A stretch of 64,000 nucleotides of DNA from an uncultured Actinomycetes bacterium. Its GTDB lineage: Bacteria; Actinomycetota; Thermoleophilia; UBA2241. The stretch covers positions 3,321-67,320 of the forward strand of contig CAWCWZ010000060.1 of NCBI GenBank assembly GCA_963799395.1, written 5' to 3'. Both the position numbers and the translations under genes were made by a program. A model generated the notes under the pieces. It had not been told where the DNA came from, made no database searches, and saw only the letters and a program-made list of their open reading frames with translations. Shown piece by piece: positions 51,208 through 61,014 of this stretch (within the stretch, counting starts at the first letter, position 1; each line of letters starts with the position of its first letter).

Positions 51208-52926
51208 CTAGAACAGGCCCTTGATGCGGCCGGTCTCGGTGTCGATGTCGACGTCGACCGCCGCCGGGCGCTTGGCCAGGCCGGGCATAGTACGCATCTC
51301 GCCGAGCAGCGGGTAGAGGTACCCCGCGCCGGTCGCCGGGCGGATGTCGCGGATCGGCACGCGGAAGCCGCGCGGCCGGCCCTTGAGCGCCGGGTCGTGC
51401 GACAGCGAGAGGTGCGTCTTGGCCATGCAAAGCGGCAGCTTGTCGAGGCCCTGCTCGGTGAAGAGCTTGATCTTGGCCTCGGCCTCGGGCAGGTAGTCGA
51501 CCCCGTCGGCGCCGTAGACCCTCGTGGCGATGGTCTCGATCTTCTCTTTGATCGAGGCGTCGAGCGAGTAGAGGAACTCGAACTTGCCGCCCTTGTCGGC
51601 GGCCGCCTTGACGACCGCGGCCGCCTCCTGGCCACCGTCGCCGCCCAGCGCGTGGACGTTGATCGGCACGGCGTCTTCGGCGCCGGCCGCCACGGCCGCC
51701 TTGCGCACGATCTCGATCTCGCCGGGGCGGTCGAAGGCGAAGCGGTTGATGGTCACCACGACGGGCACGCCGAAGAGCTTCATGTTCTCGATCTGCTTGG
51801 CGAGGTTCTCGCAGCCCTTCTCGAGGGCGGCGTTGTTCTCGGCCTTGAGCAGCTCGGCATCGACCGGCAGGCCGCCGTGCATCTTGAGGGCGCGCATGGT
51901 GCAGGTGATGACCACCGCGCTCGGCGCGAAGCCGCCGTAGCGGCAGATGATGTCCATGAACTTCTCGGCGCCCAGGTCGGCGGCGAAGCCGCTCTCGGTG
52001 ACGAGGTAGTCGGCCAGCTTCATGGCGACCTGGTCGGCGATGATCGAGTTGTTGCCCTGGGCGATGTTGGCGAAGGGCCCCGCGTGGATGAGCGCCGCAT
52101 TGCCCTCGAGCGTCTGCACGAGGTTCGGCTTGATGGCGTCCTTGAGAAGCACGGCCATCGCGCCACCCGCCCCGATGTCGTCGGCGGTCAGCGGCTTGCC
52201 CTCGGTGCTATAGCCGAACGTGACGCGGCCGAGACGCTCACGCAGGTCCTTGAGCGAGGTGGCGAGGCCGAGGATGGCCATGACCTCGGAGGCGACCGTG
52301 ATGTCGTAGCCGGTCTGGCGCGGGATGCCGTTCAGGCGGCCACCGAGGCCGTTGACGATCTCGCGCATGGCGCGGTCGTTCAGGTCGACGACACGGCGCC
52401 AGGAGATGGTGAGCGGATCGATGTCGAGCTCGTTGCCGTGCATGAGGTGGCTGTCGACCATGGCGGCCAGCAGGTTGTTGGCCGCGCCGACGGCGTGGAT
52501 GTCGCCGGTGAAGTGGAGGTTGATGTCCTCCATCGGCACGACCTGCGAGTAGCCGCCGCCGGCCGCGCCGCCCTTGATGCCGAAGACCGGGCCGAGGGAC
52601 GGCTCGCGGAGGGCGAGCATGGTCTTGATGCCGATCGCGTTCATCGATTCGACGAGGCCGACGGCGGTCACCGTCTTGCCTTCGCCGAGCGGCGTGGGGG
52701 TGATCGCCGTGATGTCGATGATCTTGCCGTCGGGCTTACCGGCGAGACGCTTGAGCAGGGCCATGTAGTCGATCTTGGCCTTGTAGCGCCCGTAGAGCTC
52801 GAGCTCCTCCTCGAGAATGCCCACCTTGGCCGCGATCTCCGTGATCGGCAGCATGGTCGCTGCCTGGGCGATCTCGATGTCCTTGGGGACGGGGGATTTG
52901 CGGACAGGCTTTGCGGCGGAACTCAA
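51208..52926 (-). CDS. fhs: Formate--tetrahydrofolate ligase
   Basis: Full-length FTHFS (PTPLGEGKTT P-loop, characteristic C-terminal blocks). 572 aa. Confidence 0.9.
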   Translation of the reverse strand: MSSAAKPVRKSPVPKDIEIAQAATMLPITEIAAKVGILEEELELYGRYKAKIDYMALLKRLAGKPDGKIIDITAITPTPLGEGKTVTAVGLVESMNAIGIKTMLALREPSLGPVFGIKGGAAGGGYSQVVPMEDINLHFTGDIHAVGAANNLLAAMVDSHLMHGNELDIDPLTISWRRVVDLNDRAMREIVNGLGGRLNGIPRQTGYDITVASEVMAILGLATSLKDLRERLGRVTFGYSTEGKPLTADDIGAGGAMAVLLKDAIKPNLVQTLEGNAALIHAGPFANIAQGNNSIIADQVAMKLADYLVTESGFAADLGAEKFMDIICRYGGFAPSAVVITCTMRALKMHGGLPVDAELLKAENNAALEKGCENLAKQIENMKLFGVPVVVTINRFAFDRPGEIEIVRKAAVAAGAEDAVPINVHALGGDGGQEAAAVVKAAADKGGKFEFLYSLDASIKEKIETIATRVYGADGVDYLPEAEAKIKLFTEQGLDKLPLCMAKTHLSLSHDPALKGRPRGFRVPIRDIRPATGAGYLYPLLGEMRTMPGLAKRPAAVDVDIDTETGRIKGLF

Positions 52927-53038
52927 CGCGCCCTCCTACTGTAGATCCACTGTTCCACGCGTTCAGAATATGAGGCTGGAGGCCCCTGAGCGGAGCCGTC
53001 CTATTGTGACGGATTCTACAAGGTCCGAAATTGGGGGG

Positions 53039-54326
53039 TCAAACCGCCGGACCGGGCGGCTCCTGCACGCCACCGAGGCCCCGGGCGGCGGCCCGTGCTT
53101 CGTCGTAGACGTCCTTCGCCGGCCGCCCGGCGCCGGCCGCCACACGGCGGCAGTCTTCGTACTCCGGCGAGGCGGTGACGAGGCGCTCGCCGAGGAACCC
53201 GAGGCGCACGCGCACCTCCTCGCCTGCGACTGCGACGGTGCCGCGGCGCTCGTCGAGCAGCAGCCGCCGCGACGGGCAGCACGCGCAGGCCGAACGTCGA
53301 GGTCTCGCGAAAGGCGATCTCGGCGAGCGCCGCCCGCGCCGCCGGTCGCGCCAGCACGTGCAGCACGGTCCCCGGCCGGCTCTTCTTCATGGTCGCCGGC
53401 GTCGACCAGACGTCGAGCGCCCCCGCCGCGAGCAGGCGCTCGGCGGCCTCGGCCAGGAGCTCCGCGGGGAGGTCGTCGATGCTCGTCTCGAGCAGCTCGA
53501 CGTCGTCTTCGGACCACGGACCGGCGTCGTGGCCGGGTGAGCGGTCGAGAGGCTCGACGAGCACGGCGCGTAGCACGTTGGGCCGGCCGGAGAGCTCGCG
53601 CCGGCCGGCACCGAGGCCCGAGCCGGCCAAACGTCCGGCCGGCAGAGCGCCGAACTCGTGGACGAGGTGCGAGAGCAGCGCGGCGCCGGTCGGCGTGGTC
53701 AGCTCGCCGGTCTCGGCGCCGGCGCCGGCCGTCGGCAGGCCGCGCAGGAGCTCGATCACGGCGGGGGCCGGCACGGGCAGCTCGCCGTGGGCGGTGTGGA
53801 CCGTGCCGCCACCCAGCACCGGCGGCGAGGCGACGACCCGCGCCGGCGCGAGCTCGACGGCGAGCGCCAGCACGCTGATCAGGTCGACGGCGGTGTCGAG
53901 ACTCGCGAGCTCGTGCAGGTGCTCGCCCTCGCCGCCGTGCACGGCGCGTTCGGCCGCTGCCATGCGCTCGGCGACGGCGACGACGCCGTCGGCGACGGCG
54001 TCGTCGAGGGCCGAGCGCCGCACCGCGGCGACGAGCTCGGCGAAGGTCTCGAAGCCGGGCCGGTCGTCGACGGTGAAGCGCGCCGCCGACAGGCCGCCGC
54101 GCCGAACGGTCTCGACGTGCGCGACGGCTGGATCGATGCCGGCCGCCGCGAGCGCCGGCGCGACGACCCGGGCGAGCGGCTCGGCGGGGTCGGCCGCGGC
54201 ACTGCCCGCGGCGCCGGCCGTACTCGCGGCGCTGCTCGCGCGCAGCGCGAGCAGCGCCGCGGCCAGCATGTCGCCGCTCACCCCGCTCGCACACTCGAGG
54301 TAGAGCAGCGGTCTGTCTGAGCGCAC
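53039..54326 (-). pseudogene. larC: LarC (nickel-pincer cofactor nickel insertion, CTP-dependent), one frameshift near the 3' end
   Basis: N-terminal LLYLECASGVSGDM and the body are in track ORF 53016-54449. The C-terminal domain (RRLLLDERRGTVAVAGEEVRVRLGFLGERLVTASPEYEDCRRVA) reads in a different frame from about 53270. Start probably a GTG near 54326. Confidence 0.6.
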
Positions 54327-54424
54327 CTGAGACCTCCGTGGGAACCCATCGTTCGACAGGCCGCATCCTAGCATCGCCGCGGCCCCTGCCGCGCCGACGC
54401 CGTTCGTCAGATACAATCCCCCCC

Positions 54425-55466
54425 ATGAAGATCGCCCAGATCGCCCCACCCTGGATCACCGTGCCGCCGACCGGCTACGGCGGCACCGAGTGGGTCGTCA
54501 AGCATGTCTGCGACGGCCTCACCGCCGCCGGTCACGACGTCGTCCTGTTCGCCTCGGGCGACTCCCAGACGCCGGCCGAGCTGCGGGCGTTGTTCGCCGA
54601 ACCCCAGACGGCGATGATGGCGCTGCCCTCGGCGATGACCTCCTACGACGTCCGCCACGTGTCGCATGCCGTCGGCCAGATCCAGGCCGACGGCGACTTC
54701 GACGTCGTCCACGACCACTCCGGCTTCTTGCTCGTCGCCCTGCGCCGGTTCCTCGATCTGCCGCCCGTGCTGCACACGGTGCACTGCGCCTTCGACACCC
54801 ACGCCTATCCGTTCTACGACCAGTTCCGCGAGGCCGTCGCCTACGCCTCTATCAGCGACTTCCAGCGCACCCTGGGACCGCCCGGCATGGCCTGGGCCGG
54901 CACGGTGCACAACGCCCTGCCGGTCGCCGGCTGGCCGCTCGTCACGGCCAAGGACGACTACCTGCTGGCCTTCGGACGGGTCTGCGAGGACAAGGGGTTC
55001 CACCTGGCCATCGACATCGCCCGGCGCACCGGTCACCGCCTCGTCATGGCCGGCGTCGTGCAGGACTGGTATCGTGACTACTTCGAGCGGCGCATCGTCG
55101 CCCGAGATCGACGGCGACCGGGTCGTCTTCGAAGCCGAGGTCACAGACGAGCGCAAACGCGAGCTGTTCGCCCACGCCAAAGGCTTTCTCTTCCCGATCC
55201 TGTGGCCCGAGCCGTTCGGCCTCGTGATGGTCGAGGCGATGGCCACCGGCACGCCGGTGATCGCGCTGCGCAACGGTTCGGTCGACGAAGTGGTCGACGA
55301 CGGCGTGACCGGTTTCGTCTGCGACGACGTCGACCAGATGGTGGCCGCCGTGGCGCGGCTCGACGAGATCGACTCCCACGCCTGTCGCCGCGCGGTCGAG
55401 GAACGCTTCAGCGTGGCCGCGATGACCGCCGGCTACGAGGCGCTCTACACCGGGCTCGTGGGCTAG
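54425..55466 (+). pseudogene. GT4 family glycosyltransferase, one frameshift near 55100
   Basis: N-terminus MKIAQIAPPWITVPPTGYGGTE... in track ORF 54338-57049. C-terminus (EIDGDRVVFEAEVTDERKRELFAHAKGFLFPILWPEPFGLVMVEAMATGTPVIA) in ORF 54666-55466. Confidence 0.6.
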
Positions 55467-55513
55467 GGGCGGGCGGGGCGGCTGCCGCCGCCCCGCCCGC
55501 CTCAGCCGGCCGC

Positions 55514-57004
55514 TCAGCGCGGCGCCGCCTCGAGCGCCCGTTTGCGCTCGATGTCGCGCCATTGCGCGGTCACCCACTTGTCGACGCTGTTGCCCAGGAT
55601 CACGTCGCGGATGACGCCGGCTCGAAGCGCCTTCTCGGCCCCGGGCATGGTCAGCGCCCGGTAGATGGCGTCGGCCTGCTCTTCGATGTCGAACGGGTTG
55701 ACCGACACCGCGAGTGGGCCGATCTCCTCGAAGGCGCCGGTGTTCTCGGAGAGGATCAGCACGCCGTCGCGGATGTTGACGAGTGCGCCTTCCTTGGCGA
55801 CCAGGTTCATGCCGTCGAAGATCGCGTTGACCATGAGCGCGTCGTAGTGCCGGTAGGCCGCCAGCGTGGCCGGGAAGTTGTCCTCGAGACGCACGTCGAT
55901 CGGCATCCAGTCGGTGTTGCCGTGGCGCGTGTTGATCTCGGCCACGAGGTGCATCACGCGCTCGCGGTAGGCGACGTACTCCTCGACGTCCTCGCGCGAG
56001 GGCTGCAGGCGGGCCAGAAAGGTGATGCGGCCCTTGAACTCGGGGTGCAGCTCGAGGAAGCGGTCGAAGGCGAGAAAGCCGCGCAGGATGTTCTTCGACA
56101 GGTCGAGCCGGTCGACCCGCACCAGGAGATACTCGCGGCGGCGCTCGAGCAGCTCGCGCTCGGCCTGCGCCACGCGCGCCGAGCCCACCGCATGAGCGAG
56201 CACGTCGGGGTCGATCGAGACGGGATAGGCGCGCACCCACACGGTGCGGCCGCCGAACCGTACCGCCTTCTCGTGGGAGTCGATGGCGGCGTCGAGCACG
56301 TCGACGCAGCCCTGCAGGAAGTTGTCGACGTAGTGCTGCGTGTGAAAGGCGACGACGTCGTTGGCGAGCAGACTGCGGAAGATCTGCTCGCGGATCTCGC
56401 GGGGCAGGACCCTCCAGGAGTCGGACTGGGGCCAGGGGATGTGCACGAACTGCTGCAGGAACGCCCGCGGCGCGCCGGCCCGCACGACAGGGGAGACGGC
56501 GTACAGGTGGTAGTCGTGGACGATCACGACGCGGCCGCGGCCGTCGTCGCCCAGCTCGTCGAGGATGGCTTCGCCGAACAGCCTGTTGACCGGCAGGTAG
56601 CCCTTGCTCCAGGCGTCGAGCTCGTTCTGGCGGATGTCGGGATGGCGGGCGAGGTCCCAGAGGTAGTGCTGGATGAACCAGAGGATGGGGTTGGCCGCGA
56701 TGTTGTAGTAGCGGTGGTAGGCCTCGCGCTCGGGCGCCACGTAGCGCACCTGGTAGGTCTCGCCGTCCAGGTCGACGCGCAGCGACTGAGCGGCGGCGGC
56801 GAGCTTCTCTTCTTCGTCGCTCGCCGCCGCCGCGATCCAGACGCCGGGATGGCGCCGCAGCATGGCGCCGACCACGGTTACGAGGCCGCCGGCGCCGCGC
56901 GTGACCACCGGCTCTCCCGACGGGTCGCTGTGGAACGATACCGGGCCGCGGTTGGCCGCGACGATCAGGTCGGGGCGTTCGGGCGCCGCCTCTGCCCTGT
57001 TCAC
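55514..57004 (-). CDS. otsA: Alpha,alpha-trehalose-phosphate synthase (GT20)
   Basis: Collinear with E. coli OtsA (LIVAANRGP..., HDYHL, GMNLVAKE). GTG start near 57004 after GGGGGAGGG. 497 aa. Confidence 0.8.
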   Translation of the reverse strand: MNRAEAAPERPDLIVAANRGPVSFHSDPSGEPVVTRGAGGLVTVVGAMLRRHPGVWIAAAASDEEEKLAAAAQSLRVDLDGETYQVRYVAPEREAYHRYYNIAANPILWFIQHYLWDLARHPDIRQNELDAWSKGYLPVNRLFGEAILDELGDDGRGRVVIVHDYHLYAVSPVVRAGAPRAFLQQFVHIPWPQSDSWRVLPREIREQIFRSLLANDVVAFHTQHYVDNFLQGCVDVLDAAIDSHEKAVRFGGRTVWVRAYPVSIDPDVLAHAVGSARVAQAERELLERRREYLLVRVDRLDLSKNILRGFLAFDRFLELHPEFKGRITFLARLQPSREDVEEYVAYRERVMHLVAEINTRHGNTDWMPIDVRLEDNFPATLAAYRHYDALMVNAIFDGMNLVAKEGALVNIRDGVLILSENTGAFEEIGPLAVSVNPFDIEEQADAIYRALTMPGAEKALRAGVIRDVILGNSVDKWVTAQWRDIERKRALEAAPR

Positions 57005-57063
57005 AACCCTCCCCCTTTCCCGGCCTCGAGCCGGCGCCGCCTGGACTGAAGCGAAGCGCGCCG

Positions 57064-58347
57064 CTACGCGCCGTCGGCCCGCAGCTCGTTGAAGATGCGC
57101 AGGTAGTCGCGCAGCAAGCGTGGCGTCAAGAAGCGTTCGCGCACGTGCTCCTTGCCCTTGCGCGCCATCGCCTGCGCCCGTTCCGGGCGATCGAGGACCT
57201 CGAGGCAGCGCTCGGCGCAGGCCGCGCTTGAATCTACGAGAAAGCCGGTGACGCCGTCCTCGATCTGGAGGGGGATCCCCCCCACCGCCCCGCCGATCAC
57301 CGGCCGCGCCTTCCAGAGTCCCTCGCTCACGGTCAGCCCGAAGCCCTCGCGGGTCGACTTCTGCAACACGACGGCGGCGTGCGACTGAAAGGCGTTGACC
57401 TCGACGCTGCCGATGTTGTCGAGGTTGGAGAGCACGTAGACGTCGGGGTCGCCGGCGACGTAGGCGTGGAGCCTCTCGAGGTAGTCCCAGCCCTCGGGGT
57501 CGTCGGAGGCCATCGAGCCGATCAGCGCGAGCTGCACGTCGGGCCAGCGCTCCTTGACCTGCCGGTAGGCGTCGACCACGCCCAGCGGGTCCTTCCAGGG
57601 GTCGAAGCGCGAGACCTGCAGCAGCAGCGGGCGATCCACGTCGATGCCGAACTGGCGCACGATGTAGTGGGCGTCGTCGGGCACCAGCGTCATGTTCTTG
57701 GGCGCCAGCGGGTCGATGGCCGGCGGCACCACCTCGAGGGGAACGCCGAGGCCGTCGGGCGCGTAGGCGGCCATCGTGTAGATCGCCCGGTCGTAGCGGC
57801 GGATGAAGGGCAACAGATAGTCGTAGAGGGCCGCGTCGGGCGTCGAGGTGTCGATGTGGCAGCGCCAGATCCAGCGTGTCTCGTCGTCGCCGCCGACCGC
57901 CGCCCAGGCTCGCAGCGCGCACGGCTGGGGATCGTGGACCACGACGAAGTCGTAGTGACGCGCGAGCTGCTCGGCGTTGCGGCGATTGACCTCCTCGTAG
58001 AGCGCGCGGACCTCGTCGGAGAGCTCGACGGCCGCGCCCTGCAGGCCGTTGTGGAAGCTCTTCGTGACGTTGAAGAACTCGCTGTCGGCCGTCATGACCT
58101 GCCACTCGGCCTGCAGGCCGACATCGTTCATCAGCGGCAGCAGCGTGTAGAGGATCTCGGCGACCCCGCCGCCGAACGAGGTCGCGTTGACGTGCAGGAC
58201 GCGCTTGCCCTGAAGCGGCGCCGCGAGCTCCTTGATCTCGGCGAGAAGGTCTTTGAGGATGATGCTCTGGTAGTCGGCCAGGAACTTGCGGCCTGCGTTG
58301 ACGTCGCGCACGTGCGCCTCCGGTTCGACGGCACCGTAGTACATCAC
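57064..58347 (-). CDS. treT: Trehalose glycosyltransferring synthase TreT-like (GT4)
   Basis: Strong collinear similarity to archaeal/Thermus TreT (HVNSTSFGGGVAEIL, WRCHIDTS, VSRFDPWKD, REGFGLTVSE). Confidence 0.8.
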   Translation of the reverse strand: MMYYGAVEPEAHVRDVNAGRKFLADYQSIILKDLLAEIKELAAPLQGKRVLHVNATSFGGGVAEILYTLLPLMNDVGLQAEWQVMTADSEFFNVTKSFHNGLQGAAVELSDEVRALYEEVNRRNAEQLARHYDFVVVHDPQPCALRAWAAVGGDDETRWIWRCHIDTSTPDAALYDYLLPFIRRYDRAIYTMAAYAPDGLGVPLEVVPPAIDPLAPKNMTLVPDDAHYIVRQFGIDVDRPLLLQVSRFDPWKDPLGVVDAYRQVKERWPDVQLALIGSMASDDPEGWDYLERLHAYVAGDPDVYVLSNLDNIGSVEVNAFQSHAAVVLQKSTREGFGLTVSEGLWKARPVIGGAVGGIPLQIEDGVTGFLVDSSAACAERCLEVLDRPERAQAMARKGKEHVRERFLTPRLLRDYLRIFNELRADGA

Positions 58348-58505
58348 ATCGAGGGCGCCGACGTCAGTCGCGATCGCGGCGCCCAGGCTCGGGGCACCCC
58401 TTGTGTTCCCACCGCGACCGCCGCGCGCACCTCGCCCGCGTTGCCCACGCTCGCGCAGCGCGCCGGACCCGCGCGGCCGAGGAGATGGCCGTCGAGAAGA
58501 GGACC

Positions 58506-59081
58506 CTAGTGGATGCCACGCAAGGGCGGCAGGGGGTCGTTCGGACGCTCGCCCAGGCCGAGCCGCCGCAGGCGCAGGCTCATGGCCTGGACGCTGACGT
58601 CGAACCGGTCGGCCAGGCGGCGAGCGTCGGCGCCGTCGTCGAGCACCGCCTGGCGGACGAGCTGCACGGGCATGAGGAGCTCGGCGGCGAACTGGTCGGC
58701 CTCGCGCTCGAAGCGCGCCGTCGCCCGGTTGGTCGCACCGCCGCGCTCGGTCACGGCGCGATCCTGGTGGAGCAGGAAGTGGCCGATCTCATGGGCGATC
58801 GTGAACCGCAGACGGCGCTCGCCGGACGAGCCGCGCAGCTCGATGGCGTGACCGTCGCCCAGGGGCACGAGCGCCGCCTCGGAGCCGAACGGCTCGCGAC
58901 GCCGCTCGACGAGCGAGAGGTTGAGAAAGCTCACGACGTCGCGCAGCGAGATCGGCGCACGCGTGGCGCCGGCGGCCTTGAGCAGCCGCTCCGCCTCGTG
59001 CCGGATGACTTCGGTCGATCGCTGCAACGGCAGGACCTCGGACGCGGGGACTGGGGGTCTCGAATGGGTGGCGCCCTTCAA
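58506..59081 (-). CDS. ImmA/IrrE family zinc metallopeptidase
   Basis: HEIGH zinc motif in a roughly 190 aa protein. No adjacent XRE-type HTH partner seen. Confidence 0.6.
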   Translation of the reverse strand: MKGATHSRPPVPASEVLPLQRSTEVIRHEAERLLKAAGATRAPISLRDVVSFLNLSLVERRREPFGSEAALVPLGDGHAIELRGSSGERRLRFTIAHEIGHFLLHQDRAVTERGGATNRATARFEREADQFAAELLMPVQLVRQAVLDDGADARRLADRFDVSVQAMSLRLRRLGLGERPNDPLPPLRGIH

Positions 59082-59256
59082 CTCATGGTAGCAGCGCCCC
59101 GGACCGCCGCAAGGCCTTCGTCGCCGTTGACCGTTGCCGCTGCTGCCAACGGTCCTGCGGCGCCGGCGGACGCGGGAAGCGGCAAGAGACGGCGGCGGCG
59201 AACCTGCGGTTCGCCGCCGCCGTCTCTTATCTCGATGCTATACTCACGCGCAGGCC

Positions 59257-60816
59257 ATGGGTAGCCTCGAGCGACACCCGACACGAGCCCGGCTCCGCGC
59301 CCGGCGGGCGGCGCTCGCCATACTGCTGCTGGCGACGCTCGCGACCGCGCTCGCCGTGCTGCCCACCGCGGCCGCTTCGTCGGACTCCGGGGCGCGGGCC
59401 ACGATAGCCCAGGTCGGCGGCGACGCGTCGGGGGCGGTGGCGGTCGACGCGGCCACGGCCAGCAACGTGACCACCGGCACGTACAGCCCTCTGCCGGGCG
59501 TCGCGATGGCGACCGATCCCGCCGTCACCAGTTCGACCTGCTCTTCGTACCTGGTCGGGAGCTCGCTCGTATCGGCCGCCACGGTCACGGCCGGCGGCGT
59601 GAGCCTGCTGGACGGCGTCGTGACCGCGACCGTCAAGCTCACGGCGACGGCCACCGTGCTCGACGGCGACGCCCAGGTGACGACGGCCGGCAGCGCCGTT
59701 ACGGTGACGCACGTCGCCGGCGTCGACGACACCGCGATCCCGTCCCAGGGCGTCGTCACGGTGCCCGGCGTCGGCACGCTCACGATCCTCCAGGAAAGCT
59801 CCGAGGCCGGCGGCGGCGAGGCCAGCGCCACGCTCGTCGGCCTGTTGCTCCACCTGGACACCGCCACCGACGGCGTGCCGGGCGGCACCGACATCATCGT
59901 CGGCTCGCTCGCCGTGCGCGCCGATCAGGCGACCCTCGATGTCCTGCTCGGCACGCCGACCCCCACGCCCACGCCGACCCCGAGCCGCACGGTGACGCCC
60001 ACCCCCCGGCCGACGAGCACCACGACCCTGCGGCCGACGCCCAGCACGGCGCCGAGCTCTTCGTACCCGGCCGCGAGCTACCCGACCATGCCGGCGCCAG
60101 CCACGCCGTCACCCGCGATCCTCGCCCGGTTCCCCGGCGCCGTGTTCCCGGTCGTCGGCTCCTACACCTACACCGACACCTTCGGCGCCTACCGGGCCGA
60201 CATGCCCAACAAGCGGCACGAAGGCGACGACATCTTCGCGAGCTACGGAACGCCGGTCGTGGCCGTGCAGGACGGCGTCATCACCGGCCTCAGCACCACG
60301 CCGATCGGCGGCAACAACATCCATCTCACGACGAGCCGCGGCGACTACTTCTACTACGCTCACCTGTCGCGCTTCGCCACTGGCCTCGTCCAGGGCCAGC
60401 GGGTGGTCGCCGGCCAGACGATCGGCTACGTGGGCAACACCGGCGACGCCAAGACCACGTCGCCGCACCTGCATTTCGAGATCCATCCCGACGGCGGTCC
60501 GGCCGTCGACCCCACGCCGTACCTCGACGCCTGGCGAGCGGCCGGCCACCTGGTGACGACGAGCCAGAGCGCCCAGCAGCTCGCCGGCGCCACTCCCACG
60601 CCGTCGCCCTCGGCCGACGACCCCGCCATCGACGCGGCCGTGCAGCAGGCGGCCGACGGCTTCGCCGCCCTCCAGGCCGAGATCACGAGTGGCGGCCGCT
60701 CGGCGCCGGGGCACGGCAGTCCACTCGGTCCGGTCGGCGCGGTGCTGCTGGTCGTCAACACCGCGGGCGCGCTGCTCGTCAAGCGCCTGCAGCTCGGCGC
60801 CGTGCTGCTGCCCTAG
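59257..60816 (+). CDS. Secreted M23 family peptidase with Pro/Thr-rich linker
   Basis: Signal peptide, PTPTPTPTPT linker and a C-terminal LytM domain (HEGDDI, GNTGDAKTTSPHLHFEIH). Confidence 0.8.
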   Translation: MGSLERHPTRARLRARRAALAILLLATLATALAVLPTAAASSDSGARATIAQVGGDASGAVAVDAATASNVTTGTYSPLPGVAMATDPAVTSSTCSSYLVGSSLVSAATVTAGGVSLLDGVVTATVKLTATATVLDGDAQVTTAGSAVTVTHVAGVDDTAIPSQGVVTVPGVGTLTILQESSEAGGGEASATLVGLLLHLDTATDGVPGGTDIIVGSLAVRADQATLDVLLGTPTPTPTPTPSRTVTPTPRPTSTTTLRPTPSTAPSSSYPAASYPTMPAPATPSPAILARFPGAVFPVVGSYTYTDTFGAYRADMPNKRHEGDDIFASYGTPVVAVQDGVITGLSTTPIGGNNIHLTTSRGDYFYYAHLSRFATGLVQGQRVVAGQTIGYVGNTGDAKTTSPHLHFEIHPDGGPAVDPTPYLDAWRAAGHLVTTSQSAQQLAGATPTPSPSADDPAIDAAVQQAADGFAALQAEITSGGRSAPGHGSPLGPVGAVLLVVNTAGALLVKRLQLGAVLLP

Positions 60817-60874
60817 CGTCTTCACGACGGCTGCGAGCCGGGACGCGAGAGAGAGCGGACCATCGGGGAGCGGA

Positions 60875-60950
60875 TGGAGCGGATGACGGGACTCGAACCC
60901 GCGGTCTTCAGCTTGGGAAGCTGACGCGTTACCAGCTACGCTACATCCGC
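60875..60950 (-). tRNA. tRNA-Gly (anticodon CCC)
   Basis: Minus-strand sequence GCGGATGTAGCGTAGCTGGTAACGCGTCAGCTTCCCAAGCTGAAGACCGCGGGTTCGAGTCCCGTCATCCGCTCCA. Standard cloverleaf, encoded CCA. Confidence 0.85.
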
Positions 60951-61014
60951 ACCGGGCTCACAGTACACCATACCCGGCGCCGTCCCTTCAAGATTGGCCC
61001 GCGGTCGCGCCCGC

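Noticed and set aside
52963-54459. 498-aa minus-strand ORF overlapping larC
   Set aside because: Wrong frame of larC. Its translation is Arg-rich junk, while the adjacent frame (53016-54449) carries the LarC homology.
60836-61014. Prophage or integrative element at tRNA-Gly
   Set aside because: No integrase, recombinase or phage structural genes are adjacent. The flanking genes are peptidases with native-like composition.
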